A model generated the notes under the pieces. It saw only the letters and a program-made list of their open reading frames with translations, had not been told where the DNA came from and made no database searches. From contig CBDAUN010000001.1 in the NCBI GenBank assembly GCA_965200645.1, positions 86,492 to 150,491 of the forward strand: a DNA stretch of 64,000 nt. Direction: 5' to 3'. This DNA comes from Arenicellales bacterium. Its GTDB lineage: Bacteria; Pseudomonadota; Gammaproteobacteria; Arenicellales; JAJDZL01. The stretch's first letter is position 1; the number at the start of each line of letters is the position of its first letter. Shown here piece by piece: positions 50,354-58,782 of this stretch. Both the position numbers and the translations under genes were made by a program.

Positions 50354-51016
50354 ATGGAATCAAGCCCAGTTTATTTCACCGGATTCTCTTGGAATGATCT
50401 TTGGTTTCTGACCGAAGCCGCTGGAAGAACACTCTATATTTCGGCTGTTTCGATTAGTTTGGGAACCATACTCGGAGTGGTTTTCGGCTGGATGCTATAT
50501 GAAGGTCGGAAATTCAATACGTTTGTTTTGGGACCAGTACTGGATGCGTTTCGCTCGGTACCCTTAATTATTCAACTAGTTCTTTTTTACAATTTCGCTC
50601 CAATCATGGGTTGGTCTCTGAGTCCATTTATCTCAGGGTCGATCGTGTTAACAATCTACACGGCAGCGCTGGTGGCATACGTCTGGCGAGGGGCAATTGA
50701 ATCGGTAGGAATGCCCGTGCGGCGAGCAGCACGCAGTTTAGGCATGAGTTACTGGCAAGACATGATTCATATTGTGTCTCCAATTGGCATTCGTGCTGTG
50801 TTCCCCTCTTGGGTCGGGGTTGCTTTGGGCGTTATGAAAGACAGTGCGTTGGTATCAGTTCTGCTGTATGTCGAACTATTGAAAGCTTCGCAGATTCTTA
50901 TTACTCGAACGCAAGAGCCTTTTCTTATCCTTGCAATAGCAGGAGCGTTTTATTTTATTATTTCCTTTGTTGTCGCTCGTTTTGCTGACAGAATGGAAAA
51001 GAGGTGGGCACAATGA
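50354..51016 (+). CDS. Amino acid ABC transporter permease (second subunit)
   Basis: 220 aa with the EAA-like loop RAARSLGMSYWQDMIHIVSP. Confidence 0.85.
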   Translation: MESSPVYFTGFSWNDLWFLTEAAGRTLYISAVSISLGTILGVVFGWMLYEGRKFNTFVLGPVLDAFRSVPLIIQLVLFYNFAPIMGWSLSPFISGSIVLTIYTAALVAYVWRGAIESVGMPVRRAARSLGMSYWQDMIHIVSPIGIRAVFPSWVGVALGVMKDSALVSVLLYVELLKASQILITRTQEPFLILAIAGAFYFIISFVVARFADRMEKRWAQ

Positions 51017-51735
51017 TCGAAATTCGTGATGTTCATAAGTATTTTGGTGAGTTGCATATTCTTCGTGGAGTGCATCTAGATGTCAATAAAGGAGAAGTGC
51101 TAAGCATAATTGGTGCTTCCGGGTCAGGTAAATCTACACTACTGTACTGCATCAACGCACTAGAAGGTATCAATAGCGGACAAATTCTCGTGGATGGGAC
51201 GGACGTTCACAGCAAAGAAACAGATACGAATCGACTCCGCCAGAAATTAGGCATGGTATTTCAGCAGTGGAATAGCTTTCCGCACATGACAGTACTCAAC
51301 AATGTCGCATTGGCGCCACGTATTGTGAAAAAGTTATCTAAGGCAGAAGCACGAGAAATTGCTGTTAAGCAGCTTCAACATGTTGGTTTGGGCGAGAAAT
51401 TAGATGATTACCCCAATTCCCTGTCTGGCGGACAGCAGCAGCGACTTGCAATTGCGCGGGCGCTAGCGATGGAACCGGCCTACATGCTTTTTGATGAAGC
51501 CACTTCAGCTCTCGATCCGGAACTAGTGGGAGAAGTTCTTGACACGATGCGATTACTGGCTGAAGAAGGAATGACTATGATCTGCGTTACCCATGAAATG
51601 GGTTTTGCTCGCGATGTGTCAGACCGAATTGCATATGTTCACGAGGGCATGATCGAAGAAGCCGGACCTCCAAGTCAAATTTTTGGAGATCCAAAATCAG
51701 AACTTACCCGCAAGTTTCTCGAAAAAGTTCGTTAA
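51013..51735 (+). CDS. Amino acid ABC transporter ATP-binding protein
   Basis: Walker A GASGSGKST, signature LSGGQQQR, Walker B MLFDEATSALD. ATG 51013 overlaps the permease stop (ATGA); the track begins at GTG 51004. Confidence 0.9.
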   Translation: MIEIRDVHKYFGELHILRGVHLDVNKGEVLSIIGASGSGKSTLLYCINALEGINSGQILVDGTDVHSKETDTNRLRQKLGMVFQQWNSFPHMTVLNNVALAPRIVKKLSKAEAREIAVKQLQHVGLGEKLDDYPNSLSGGQQQRLAIARALAMEPAYMLFDEATSALDPELVGEVLDTMRLLAEEGMTMICVTHEMGFARDVSDRIAYVHEGMIEEAGPPSQIFGDPKSELTRKFLEKVR

Positions 51736-51800
51736 GGCTTGTTAGGCCAATACGGAAAGTCAAAGTTCTCTGATTCATCCCCGTATTCCGCTTACTAACC

Positions 51801-51830
51801 CTTTGCAAACTGGTTGAGCCGTTTGCAAAG
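51801..51830. terminator. Perfect 10-bp inverted repeat (CTTTGCAAAC-N10-GTTTGCAAAG) between convergent genes
   Basis: Read directly. It lies between the ABC ATPase stop (51735) and the exonuclease stop (51953). There is no clear T-tract. Confidence 0.35.
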
Positions 51831-51952
51831 ATCCCCATTTACATACTATTAGACTGCTGTAATCCAATCAGTAGGTGGAAGTAGTTTGGCTCTCAGTTAG
51901 TCAGCGTTTCCCATGGTCAAGCAAAAGGAAAGGGAGTATGGTGGATGGGACT

Positions 51953-53131
51953 TCAACCAGTGATATCTGCGTTTGTTTGAAACAGAAAATCATCGACGCT
52001 GATAATCGGCTTGCCGTAATCGCGTGCTTTTTTTGCTTTGCCAGACCTGCTCGCAGTATCAAAAGTTACCAAAATATCACATCCTTTCTTTGTGACACTT
52101 CCCACAGGGATTAACCCAGCTAATGTAGCGATAGTCTCGAGTTGGGTTCTGGTAAAGGGTGAATCTTCAATCATAGCGGTTCCGGTAAAACATATATGCA
52201 TACCCACTACCAAGGAACCATTTTGCTCTAGTTCTGTTGTTTCGGGTAATTCCTGATCGTCAATTTCTAAGGCTTGCGCTACTTTAATAATGTATTCGCG
52301 TTCCTTAGAAGTCACTACGCCGTCAAATTCAGCACTGGCAATAACCGACGCCAAATGTAATTTATGCAGAGCATATTGGTCGTCTGGCGATAGGTGTAGT
52401 TCTTGTGCCAGCTCCTGTAGTTGACTTCGTTCACTGGCATCAATCACGCCATCATCTAGAGCATGATTTAAAGCATACCGATAAATTCCTGTTGGCTGAT
52501 CTTTCCAAGGGGAATGAGCGAATGAAATGATTCGCGAAAGCGGAGTGGAGGCTAAATTTGTCGCTTCGCGACGCAGTGTCCGTGGATTAGGCACACCGTC
52601 AGCCGTGGCAATTGCTGGAGAGACTAACTGCAGTTCAGCTTCATCTTGAAACAATTTTTTCGCAAGTTTTGCTGTTACACGAGCGTCGGCCAACGCTCGG
52701 TGATATTGCTCCAGTGCCACGTCGAAACGCTTACAAGCCAGCGAAAGATTCACACCGCCCGCCGCTTTCATGGTACACAAGCCCTTCCCTGGGTTGAACC
52801 AAGCATCGATTCGATCAAATTCCTGTTTTACCATTCGACTATCGAAACTAATGTTGTGAGCTATGAGAACCGCACCATCCAAACGACGAGCCAAAACTGG
52901 TGCAATTTCTTTGAAAGTCGGTGCATTCTCAGTTGCTGTAGCAGTGATTCCATGAATGTGTCCTGCTCCAACGTCGCGTTCAGGGTTGACAAGCGTGTCA
53001 TATTCTTCGACTGGTTCGAAGTTCTGTCCATCTAGTGTTACTACTGCAATCTCGCAAATTTTGTCATGTTTGCCAAATCCTGTAGTTTCACAGTCAAGTA
53101 CCGCGAATCGAGTATTAATTGCAGTATTCAT
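51953..53131 (-). CDS. DEDDh 3'-5' exonuclease (DnaQ/epsilon-like) fused to two helical repeats and a C-terminal BRCT domain
   Basis: ExoI FAVLDCETTG, ExoII LIAHNISFD, ExoIII HRALADA. There is an internal repeat: DDGVIDASERSQLQELAQELHLSPDD / FDGVVTSKEREYIIKVAQALEIDDQE. The C-terminus ICFTGT...GSVTKKGCDILV...SGKAKKARDYGKPIISVDDF resembles the LigA-type BRCT. Start refined to ATG 53131 (MNTAINTRF..); the 66-codon N-terminal extension in the track looks non-coding. Confidence 0.75.
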   Translation of the reverse strand: MNTAINTRFAVLDCETTGFGKHDKICEIAVVTLDGQNFEPVEEYDTLVNPERDVGAGHIHGITATATENAPTFKEIAPVLARRLDGAVLIAHNISFDSRMVKQEFDRIDAWFNPGKGLCTMKAAGGVNLSLACKRFDVALEQYHRALADARVTAKLAKKLFQDEAELQLVSPAIATADGVPNPRTLRREATNLASTPLSRIISFAHSPWKDQPTGIYRYALNHALDDGVIDASERSQLQELAQELHLSPDDQYALHKLHLASVIASAEFDGVVTSKEREYIIKVAQALEIDDQELPETTELEQNGSLVVGMHICFTGTAMIEDSPFTRTQLETIATLAGLIPVGSVTKKGCDILVTFDTASRSGKAKKARDYGKPIISVDDFLFQTNADITG

Positions 53132-53580
53132 TTTTTTTCTAATAAACTTGTCGGCTTTGTAATTTTTAGCTGAATCTTTGATATTGTGGTCTATGCTGAT
53201 TGTAATGCACAAAGAATGATTTGTAGTACGGGTGGGTGGGCTGTATTTGTCAGAATTGAAAGAAATCGTTTCATAATGACCAGCACCAGGGTCCTGGCGC
53301 AGAAGTATGTACTCTAGGCAGCGACTCACGGCTAAATTTCAGGCACGAAACAAAATCTGGCGGATATGGCTCAATGCACGTGATTGGAGAAAAAGGGTGT
53401 CGCTTACAACGGAAATTAAGCGAGTCAAGAAGTTCGACTAATACTTGGAACAGGCGAAAGTCTGATATTTTTGAGAAATGCCCAATACGGTCTACACACA
53501 AGCAGTGCACTTTTCATGCAAACACACCAGTTCAAGTAATCCGAAAATTTGGACAACCTTGTATATAACCTCAAAAATTA

Positions 53581-53603
53581 AGGCACTTCGTCTTCAAGTG
53601 CCT
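53581..53603 (-). terminator. Rho-independent terminator after the HNH gene
   Basis: AGGCACTT-cgtcttc-AAGTGCCT. On the minus strand it is followed by TAATTTTT. Confidence 0.7.
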
Positions 53604-53611
53604 CAATCTCT

Positions 53612-54214
53612 TTAATTAATGTATTGCTCTATTCGCGACTTCAATGGACTTGAGCGCGGAAAATGAGCCGCAAGATACTCCATCTGATCAGCAAGGATGT
53701 GTCTGCCCTTGAGGAACACATACTCCGCGTAGGTTGGCACAAACGGCACCGCCAACAGACTCAACCCTGCTTCTTCGGGCAAGAAGCCTGCCTTGTGATT
53801 ATTGCAGCGCTTGCAGGCGGTTACCACATTGGTCCACGAATTCGTTCCTCCGCGACTGATCGGAATGATGTGGTCTCGAGATAACATGGAATGCCTGAAC
53901 TTGTCACCGCAGTACATGCAAATGTTCCCGTCTCGCGCAAATAATGCCTTATTGTTGAGCGGAGGCGTGTAGTCCGGCTTATTGAAGTTGGCATATCGAT
54001 AATTGCCATCGGTCGCCATAATGGCACTAATTTCGAACTCAGAACGCTGACCAGTGATCGCATTAGTTCCACCACGTATCTTGTACATTACTTCGCCAAG
54101 TGAATAGACAATGCTTCCATGATGGTACAGCCGCATAGCATCCTTGTAGTCGATCCATTCCAGTGGCATACCTGAAACGGTGGTTCGAAGTCCGAGCTGA
54201 TTTAAGTTATACAT
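53612..54214 (-). CDS. HNH endonuclease family protein
   Basis: 200 aa. CMYCGDKF...SRDHIIPISRGGTNSWTNVVTACKRCNNHKAG (HNH/zinc-finger core) with a 90-aa N-terminal domain. Confidence 0.8.
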   Translation of the reverse strand: MYNLNQLGLRTTVSGMPLEWIDYKDAMRLYHHGSIVYSLGEVMYKIRGGTNAITGQRSEFEISAIMATDGNYRYANFNKPDYTPPLNNKALFARDGNICMYCGDKFRHSMLSRDHIIPISRGGTNSWTNVVTACKRCNNHKAGFLPEEAGLSLLAVPFVPTYAEYVFLKGRHILADQMEYLAAHFPRSSPLKSRIEQYIN

Positions 54215-54338
54215 AAGGTGCCTATCTCACAATCAATCTGTTTGATCGGGAAACACCTTCGCAACTCTTTCTACCGTGTTGCTTACTCGGGATTGTTGGA
54301 CCGCATTTCTATCACTCTTCGAAATGCGCTTGTTTGAC

Positions 54339-54518
54339 TTATTTGAGTTTACTTTCCTTGTAGATTACGTGTTTCCCAACGACCGGATCAAACTTCTTCA
54401 ATTCAAGCTTGCCATCGGTGTTACGTCTATTTTTCCAAGTTGTGTAAAAATGTCCGGTACCTGCTGAAGATTCCAGTTTTACTTTTTCTCTTGGATTCTT
54501 TTTGCTACCCTCTGCCAT
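54339..54518 (-). CDS. rpmG: 50S ribosomal protein L33
   Basis: Not in the supplied track; at 59 aa it is shorter than every listed ORF (shortest 60 aa). Own translation: [59 protein letters not shown], collinear with E. coli L33. A GGAG lies 9 nt upstream of the ATG. Confidence 0.92.
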   Translation of the reverse strand: MAEGSKKNPREKVKLESSAGTGHFYTTWKNRRNTDGKLELKKFDPVVGKHVIYKESKLK

Positions 54519-54545
54519 TCGTTTGAACTCCTAGATGTCTGCCAT

Positions 54546-54782
54546 CTAAACTTTTACGCCGTCAGCTCGCAATTCAGCAATGACAACATCAATTCCCTTC
54601 TTGTCGATGGTGCGAATTCCCTTTTGCGAAACGCGCAGTTTAATCCAGCGATTTTCGCTCTCGACCCAAAACCTGCGATAATGAAGGTTTGGACGGAACT
54701 TACGTTTCGTCTTATTATGAGCATGCGATACATTGTTACCGGAAATCGTCTTTTTCCCGGTCACTTGACAAACGTTAGGCAT
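54546..54782 (-). CDS. rpmB: 50S ribosomal protein L28
   Basis: [63 protein letters not shown] is collinear with E. coli L28. Confidence 0.95.
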   Translation of the reverse strand: MPNVCQVTGKKTISGNNVSHAHNKTKRKFRPNLHYRRFWVESENRWIKLRVSQKGIRTIDKKGIDVVIAELRADGVKV

Positions 54783-54938
54783 CGAAAAGGTATCTCAATA
54801 GGCCAGTTTTAGAAAATACAGTTGAAATAACAAGTGCGTGATTCTATATCATTACGGAAATTAAATCAAAAATTTCAACGCAGTATATGGAAACCAAAAG
54901 CCTTGTTATGCCATTAATTAAGCATTATTTTAATATTT

Positions 54939-56165
54939 ATGACCGAATCAAGTAACAGAAAAATACTGTTGGGAGTGACTGGCGGAATTGCTGCTTATCG
55001 CAGTGCAGAACTCGCACGCCGGCTGTGCGAGATCGATGCTGAGGTACGAGTCGTTATGACAGAAGGAGCGACTCAGTTCATAACCGAACTGACAATGCAG
55101 GCGGTTAGTGGTAACCCGGTGCGCCGGCAACTGTTCGACTCACAAGCAGAGGCCGGTATGGGACATATCGAATTGGCTCGCTGGGCAACCCAAGTGATCG
55201 TCGCACCTGCAAGCGCCAGTTTTTTGGCTCGATTGTCGCATGGGTTAGCGAACGATTTACTGTCTACTATTTGCCTTGCGACAAAATCTCCAGTCGCTGT
55301 GGCACCGGCTATGAACCAAGTTATGTGGGAGAATCAAGCTACTCAAGACAATTTAGCCACATTGCGTAACCGGGGTATCGCTATTTTGGGGCCTGATTCG
55401 GGTTCTCAAGCATGCGGAGAGGTAGGACCCGGTCGTATGCTACAACCCCAAGAGATAGTGCAACGGATTATTGCAGCAGAATCTGGCCCGATGTCAGGAC
55501 TCAATGTGCTAGTCACTGCCGGGTCAACTTGGGAGGCGATGGATCCGGTGCGTGGCATCACTAATAGAAGTTCAGGACGAATGGGATATTCAATTGTCGA
55601 TGCAGCTGCTCAGGCCGGAGCAACTGTAACACTCGTTAGCGGTCCGGTCACTGATGGTACAGGACAAATCCCTGATGCGAACAGGTTTGTAAAAGTTGAC
55701 AGTGCGGTAGATATGCTCAATGCCGTTAAAGAGAATTTAGCCAATCAAGACATTTTCATATCAGTTGCCGCAGTCGCCGATTATCGACCCAAAATGACTA
55801 AGTCAGAAAAGATCAAAAAGAATCAGAATGGTTTGTCGATCCAACTCGTCGAAAACCCTGATATTCTTGCTGAAGTCAAGAAGACTGCGCCAGGGATTTT
55901 TGCCGTTGGCTTTGCTGCCGAAACCTCGAACATAATTTCGGAGGGAAAAAGAAAACTGCTGTCAAAACGTGCCGACTTGATTGCAGCAAATAGTGTAAAG
56001 GGTCAAAATAGCGCTATAGGCTCTGAACAAAACTCCCTTCAGCTGATTGACAGATCAGGGGTCACCACCATAGAAACAGCACCCAAGCGACAAGTTGCTG
56101 AACAACTTATCGCGGAGATCTCTCAGCGATTTCATGCGAAAGATCGCCTGCAAAATACTAGATAA
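54939..56165 (+). CDS. coaBC: Bifunctional phosphopantothenoylcysteine decarboxylase / phosphopantothenate--cysteine ligase
   Basis: 408 aa. N-terminal flavoprotein domain ([20 protein letters not shown]) and a C-terminal CoaB domain ([18 protein letters not shown]). Confidence 0.9.
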   Translation: MTESSNRKILLGVTGGIAAYRSAELARRLCEIDAEVRVVMTEGATQFITELTMQAVSGNPVRRQLFDSQAEAGMGHIELARWATQVIVAPASASFLARLSHGLANDLLSTICLATKSPVAVAPAMNQVMWENQATQDNLATLRNRGIAILGPDSGSQACGEVGPGRMLQPQEIVQRIIAAESGPMSGLNVLVTAGSTWEAMDPVRGITNRSSGRMGYSIVDAAAQAGATVTLVSGPVTDGTGQIPDANRFVKVDSAVDMLNAVKENLANQDIFISVAAVADYRPKMTKSEKIKKNQNGLSIQLVENPDILAEVKKTAPGIFAVGFAAETSNIISEGKRKLLSKRADLIAANSVKGQNSAIGSEQNSLQLIDRSGVTTIETAPKRQVAEQLIAEISQRFHAKDRLQNTR

Positions 56166-56589
56166 GCGGCTCGGCAAAGAAATCCCACTGCCGGTACACT
56201 CCACATCCGGATCTGCTGGATTGGATTTACGGGCCTGTGTAGAAGAATCCTTAACGGTTGCCGCTTCCGCTTGTGAATTGATTCCGACCGGAATGGCAAT
56301 TAATATACGAGACCCAAAAATCGCCGCAGTACTTTTACCTAGATCCGGGCTGGGTCACAAACATGGAATTGTGCTCGGCAACCTGGTTGGGCTAATTGAC
56401 TCCGATTACCAGGGACAGGTTTATGTGTCCTGCTGGAATCGCAGCGATCGTGACTTTACGATCAATCCCGGAGACAGGATCGCACAGATGGTGTTTGTTC
56501 CCGTGATTCAGACCGAGTTGGATATCGTCAAGGACTTTGAAACAACTGAGCGTTCAAGCGGCGGATTCGGACACACGGGAATTAGCTAA
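56134..56589 (+). CDS. dut: dUTP diphosphatase
   Basis: [35 protein letters not shown].. is collinear with E. coli Dut, and the C-terminus is [10 protein letters not shown]. Start refined to ATG 56134, a 32-nt overlap with coaBC. Confidence 0.9.
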   Translation: MRKIACKILDKRLGKEIPLPVHSTSGSAGLDLRACVEESLTVAASACELIPTGMAINIRDPKIAAVLLPRSGLGHKHGIVLGNLVGLIDSDYQGQVYVSCWNRSDRDFTINPGDRIAQMVFVPVIQTELDIVKDFETTERSSGGFGHTGIS

Positions 56590-56593
56590 GGTT

Positions 56594-56860
56594 ATGGCAA
56601 AAGTAGAAATCTATACCAGCCCTCTTTGCGGATACTGTTTCGCCGCCAAGCGTCTGCTCAACAACAAGGGTGTGGACTTTATCGAGTACGACACATTATT
56701 CAAGCAAGACGTAAAGTCGGAGATGATTGAGCGAGCAGATGGGAAACACACGGTACCGCAAATATTTATCGACTCCAAGAGCATCGGTGGCTTTACTGAT
56801 CTACAACAACTTGATCAGCACAAGTTGCTTGATTCTATGCTTTTTGCGAACGATGATTAA
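56594..56860 (+). CDS. grxC: Glutaredoxin (GrxC-like), active site CGYC
   Basis: MAKVEIYTSPLCGYCFAAKRLL..TVPQIFIDSKSIGGFTDL. The dithiol motif is CGYC rather than the usual CPYC. Start refined to ATG 56594. Confidence 0.8.
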   Translation: MAKVEIYTSPLCGYCFAAKRLLNNKGVDFIEYDTLFKQDVKSEMIERADGKHTVPQIFIDSKSIGGFTDLQQLDQHKLLDSMLFANDD

Positions 56861-56900
56861 TTCGCTTTAACACCCAACCCATTCACAACCAAATTTTCAA

Positions 56901-57740
56901 ATGATTCCCACTTCCGCAGAATTTAAGCGCATGGCGCGTAAGGCGATCTCGCTGATTGGTATGTCAGGTGTCGGGAAAACGACACTCGCACGAAAACTAC
57001 CAAAAGACCTGTGGTATCACTTTTCGGCAGACTACCGCATCGGAACAGGTTACCTTTCGGAACCAATTATCGATACCATCAAGGAAAAGGCTATGGAGGT
57101 TAAATTTTTTCGTGACCTTTTACTTAGCGACTCCATATACTTTGGTAATGCGATGACCTTCGACAACTTACACTTACTGTCGAAGTATACGGGCATGATT
57201 GGCTCGAGCGACCAGGAGGGTCTCCCCTACAACGAGTTTATTCGCCGGCAACGGCTGCACCGAAAAGCAGAAATTAACTCCATGCTGGATGTCAGTGAGT
57301 TTATTCGAAAAGCTGACGTGATTTATGGATACCCCCACTTCATTAATGACGCAAGCGGTAGCATTTGCGAATTGGACAGCTCTAAAGTACTAAAGCATCT
57401 TTCTAAGCACACCATCATCATTTACATTAGTCCGGATGCACAGTTGGAGCAACTCGTGATACAGCGGCAAATTCAACACCCCAAACCGCTCTATTACAAC
57501 GAAAAATTCATTGATGAGAAGCTTGAGGAATATCTCAACAAAGAAGATTTAGGATCATCCGATGAAATTCAGCCAAAGGAGTTCGTTCGATGGATTTTCC
57601 CTCAACTTGTGGACTACCGACGCCCAAAATATGAAAAAATTGCAGAGAAATATGGTTGCACAGTAAGCGCAGACGAGGTTAGCAGAGTACGCGATGAGCA
57701 AGATTTTATTGAACTCGTAGCCTCTGTACTGCCATCTTAA
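56901..57740 (+). CDS. P-loop NTPase of unknown function (NMP/shikimate-kinase-like Walker A)
   Basis: 279 aa with Walker A LIGMSGVGKTTLARKL near the N-terminus and no other motif recognised. Lies 34 nt upstream of the metA-like gene. Confidence 0.55.
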   Translation: MIPTSAEFKRMARKAISLIGMSGVGKTTLARKLPKDLWYHFSADYRIGTGYLSEPIIDTIKEKAMEVKFFRDLLLSDSIYFGNAMTFDNLHLLSKYTGMIGSSDQEGLPYNEFIRRQRLHRKAEINSMLDVSEFIRKADVIYGYPHFINDASGSICELDSSKVLKHLSKHTIIIYISPDAQLEQLVIQRQIQHPKPLYYNEKFIDEKLEEYLNKEDLGSSDEIQPKEFVRWIFPQLVDYRRPKYEKIAEKYGCTVSADEVSRVRDEQDFIELVASVLPS

Positions 57741-57774
57741 ACTGAGACTAAATTCACTTTAATTTATTGCTACT

Positions 57775-58782
57775 TTGCCACTCGCCTTACCTCCATCATT
57801 ACATTCTTTTACCCGTCTACGTTTACAGGAAAGTCTGGAAATAATTGATGTTAGCGATGCGTCGACCATCGACTTGCCATCGTTGCATATCGGTTTCCTA
57901 AACATGATGCCAGACGCTGCAATTGAAGCGACCGAAAGACAGTTTTTTCGACTTCTTTGTGCCGGTTCCTCTAACTATGTAGTGGTCGTTCACCCGTTTA
58001 CCATTAAAGGAATCGAGCGAAATGAAGCAACGGCAGAGTATGTGTATAAATCCTATCAATCATTCTCAGATATTAAGGGGAAAAATCTAGATGCTCTTTT
58101 GCTATCGGGAGCAAACCCTAAAAGATCAGAACTCTCCGATGAGCCGTTTTGGGATCATTTGGTGAACGTTTTCGACTGGGCAACTTGTAATGTTAAATCG
58201 ATACTTTGCTCCTGTTTGGCCACCCATGCTGTAATTCAACATGTGCACGGCATAAACCGAGTGAAGTGCGCAAACGGTAAGCGTTGGGGAAACTTTGAGC
58301 ATAAAGTTACGCGACCCGATAGTCCCTTAGTCGAAGGGATTCACTCAAATTTTCTAGCGGTTCACTCTCATGTTTTCGAAATGACTGAGTCACAACTGCA
58401 TGGCACCGGTATTGAAGTTTTGGCAACTAGTGATGATGCTGATTTTCACATCGCCATCAGTGCAGACAAGCGGTGGGTGTTTTTACAAGGTCACCCTGAA
58501 TATGATGCTATCAGTCTTCTAAAGGAATATAAACGTGAGATTGAATTGTTCATTGAAGGGGGAAGAGACGACTACCCTCCGTATCCAAATAACTATCTAT
58601 CTTCCGATGCGGAGTTTTTACTAAACCAATTTCAAACTAATCTTAAAACTGCTTTGGATAACGGAAGCCAATTGCCGGAATTTCCAGAAGCGCAGATTGC
58701 ATTAAATCTAGGTGGTGTAGATAACCATGGAATCGCTCTGTTTTCCAACTGGATACGCATGGTATCCAATACAACTGGATAG
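57775..58782 (+). CDS. Homoserine O-acyltransferase MetA-family protein (divergent)
   Basis: LHIGFLNMMPD..ATERQFFRLL, LDALLLSGAN, SILCSCLATHAVIQHVHGI (Cys aligned with the MetA acyl-enzyme Cys) and LQGHPEYD parallel the E. coli MetA blocks. TTG start from the track. Confidence 0.7.
   Translation: MPLALPPSLHSFTRLRLQESLEIIDVSDASTIDLPSLHIGFLNMMPDAAIEATERQFFRLLCAGSSNYVVVVHPFTIKGIERNEATAEYVYKSYQSFSDIKGKNLDALLLSGANPKRSELSDEPFWDHLVNVFDWATCNVKSILCSCLATHAVIQHVHGINRVKCANGKRWGNFEHKVTRPDSPLVEGIHSNFLAVHSHVFEMTESQLHGTGIEVLATSDDADFHIAISADKRWVFLQGHPEYDAISLLKEYKREIELFIEGGRDDYPPYPNNYLSSDAEFLLNQFQTNLKTALDNGSQLPEFPEAQIALNLGGVDNHGIALFSNWIRMVSNTTG

Noticed and set aside
53132-53329. The 66-codon N-terminal extension of the exonuclease ORF in the track (start at 53329).
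   Set aside because: The extension has odd composition and no domain. The conserved ExoI motif begins 10 residues after Met67 (ATG 53131), which is the more credible start.
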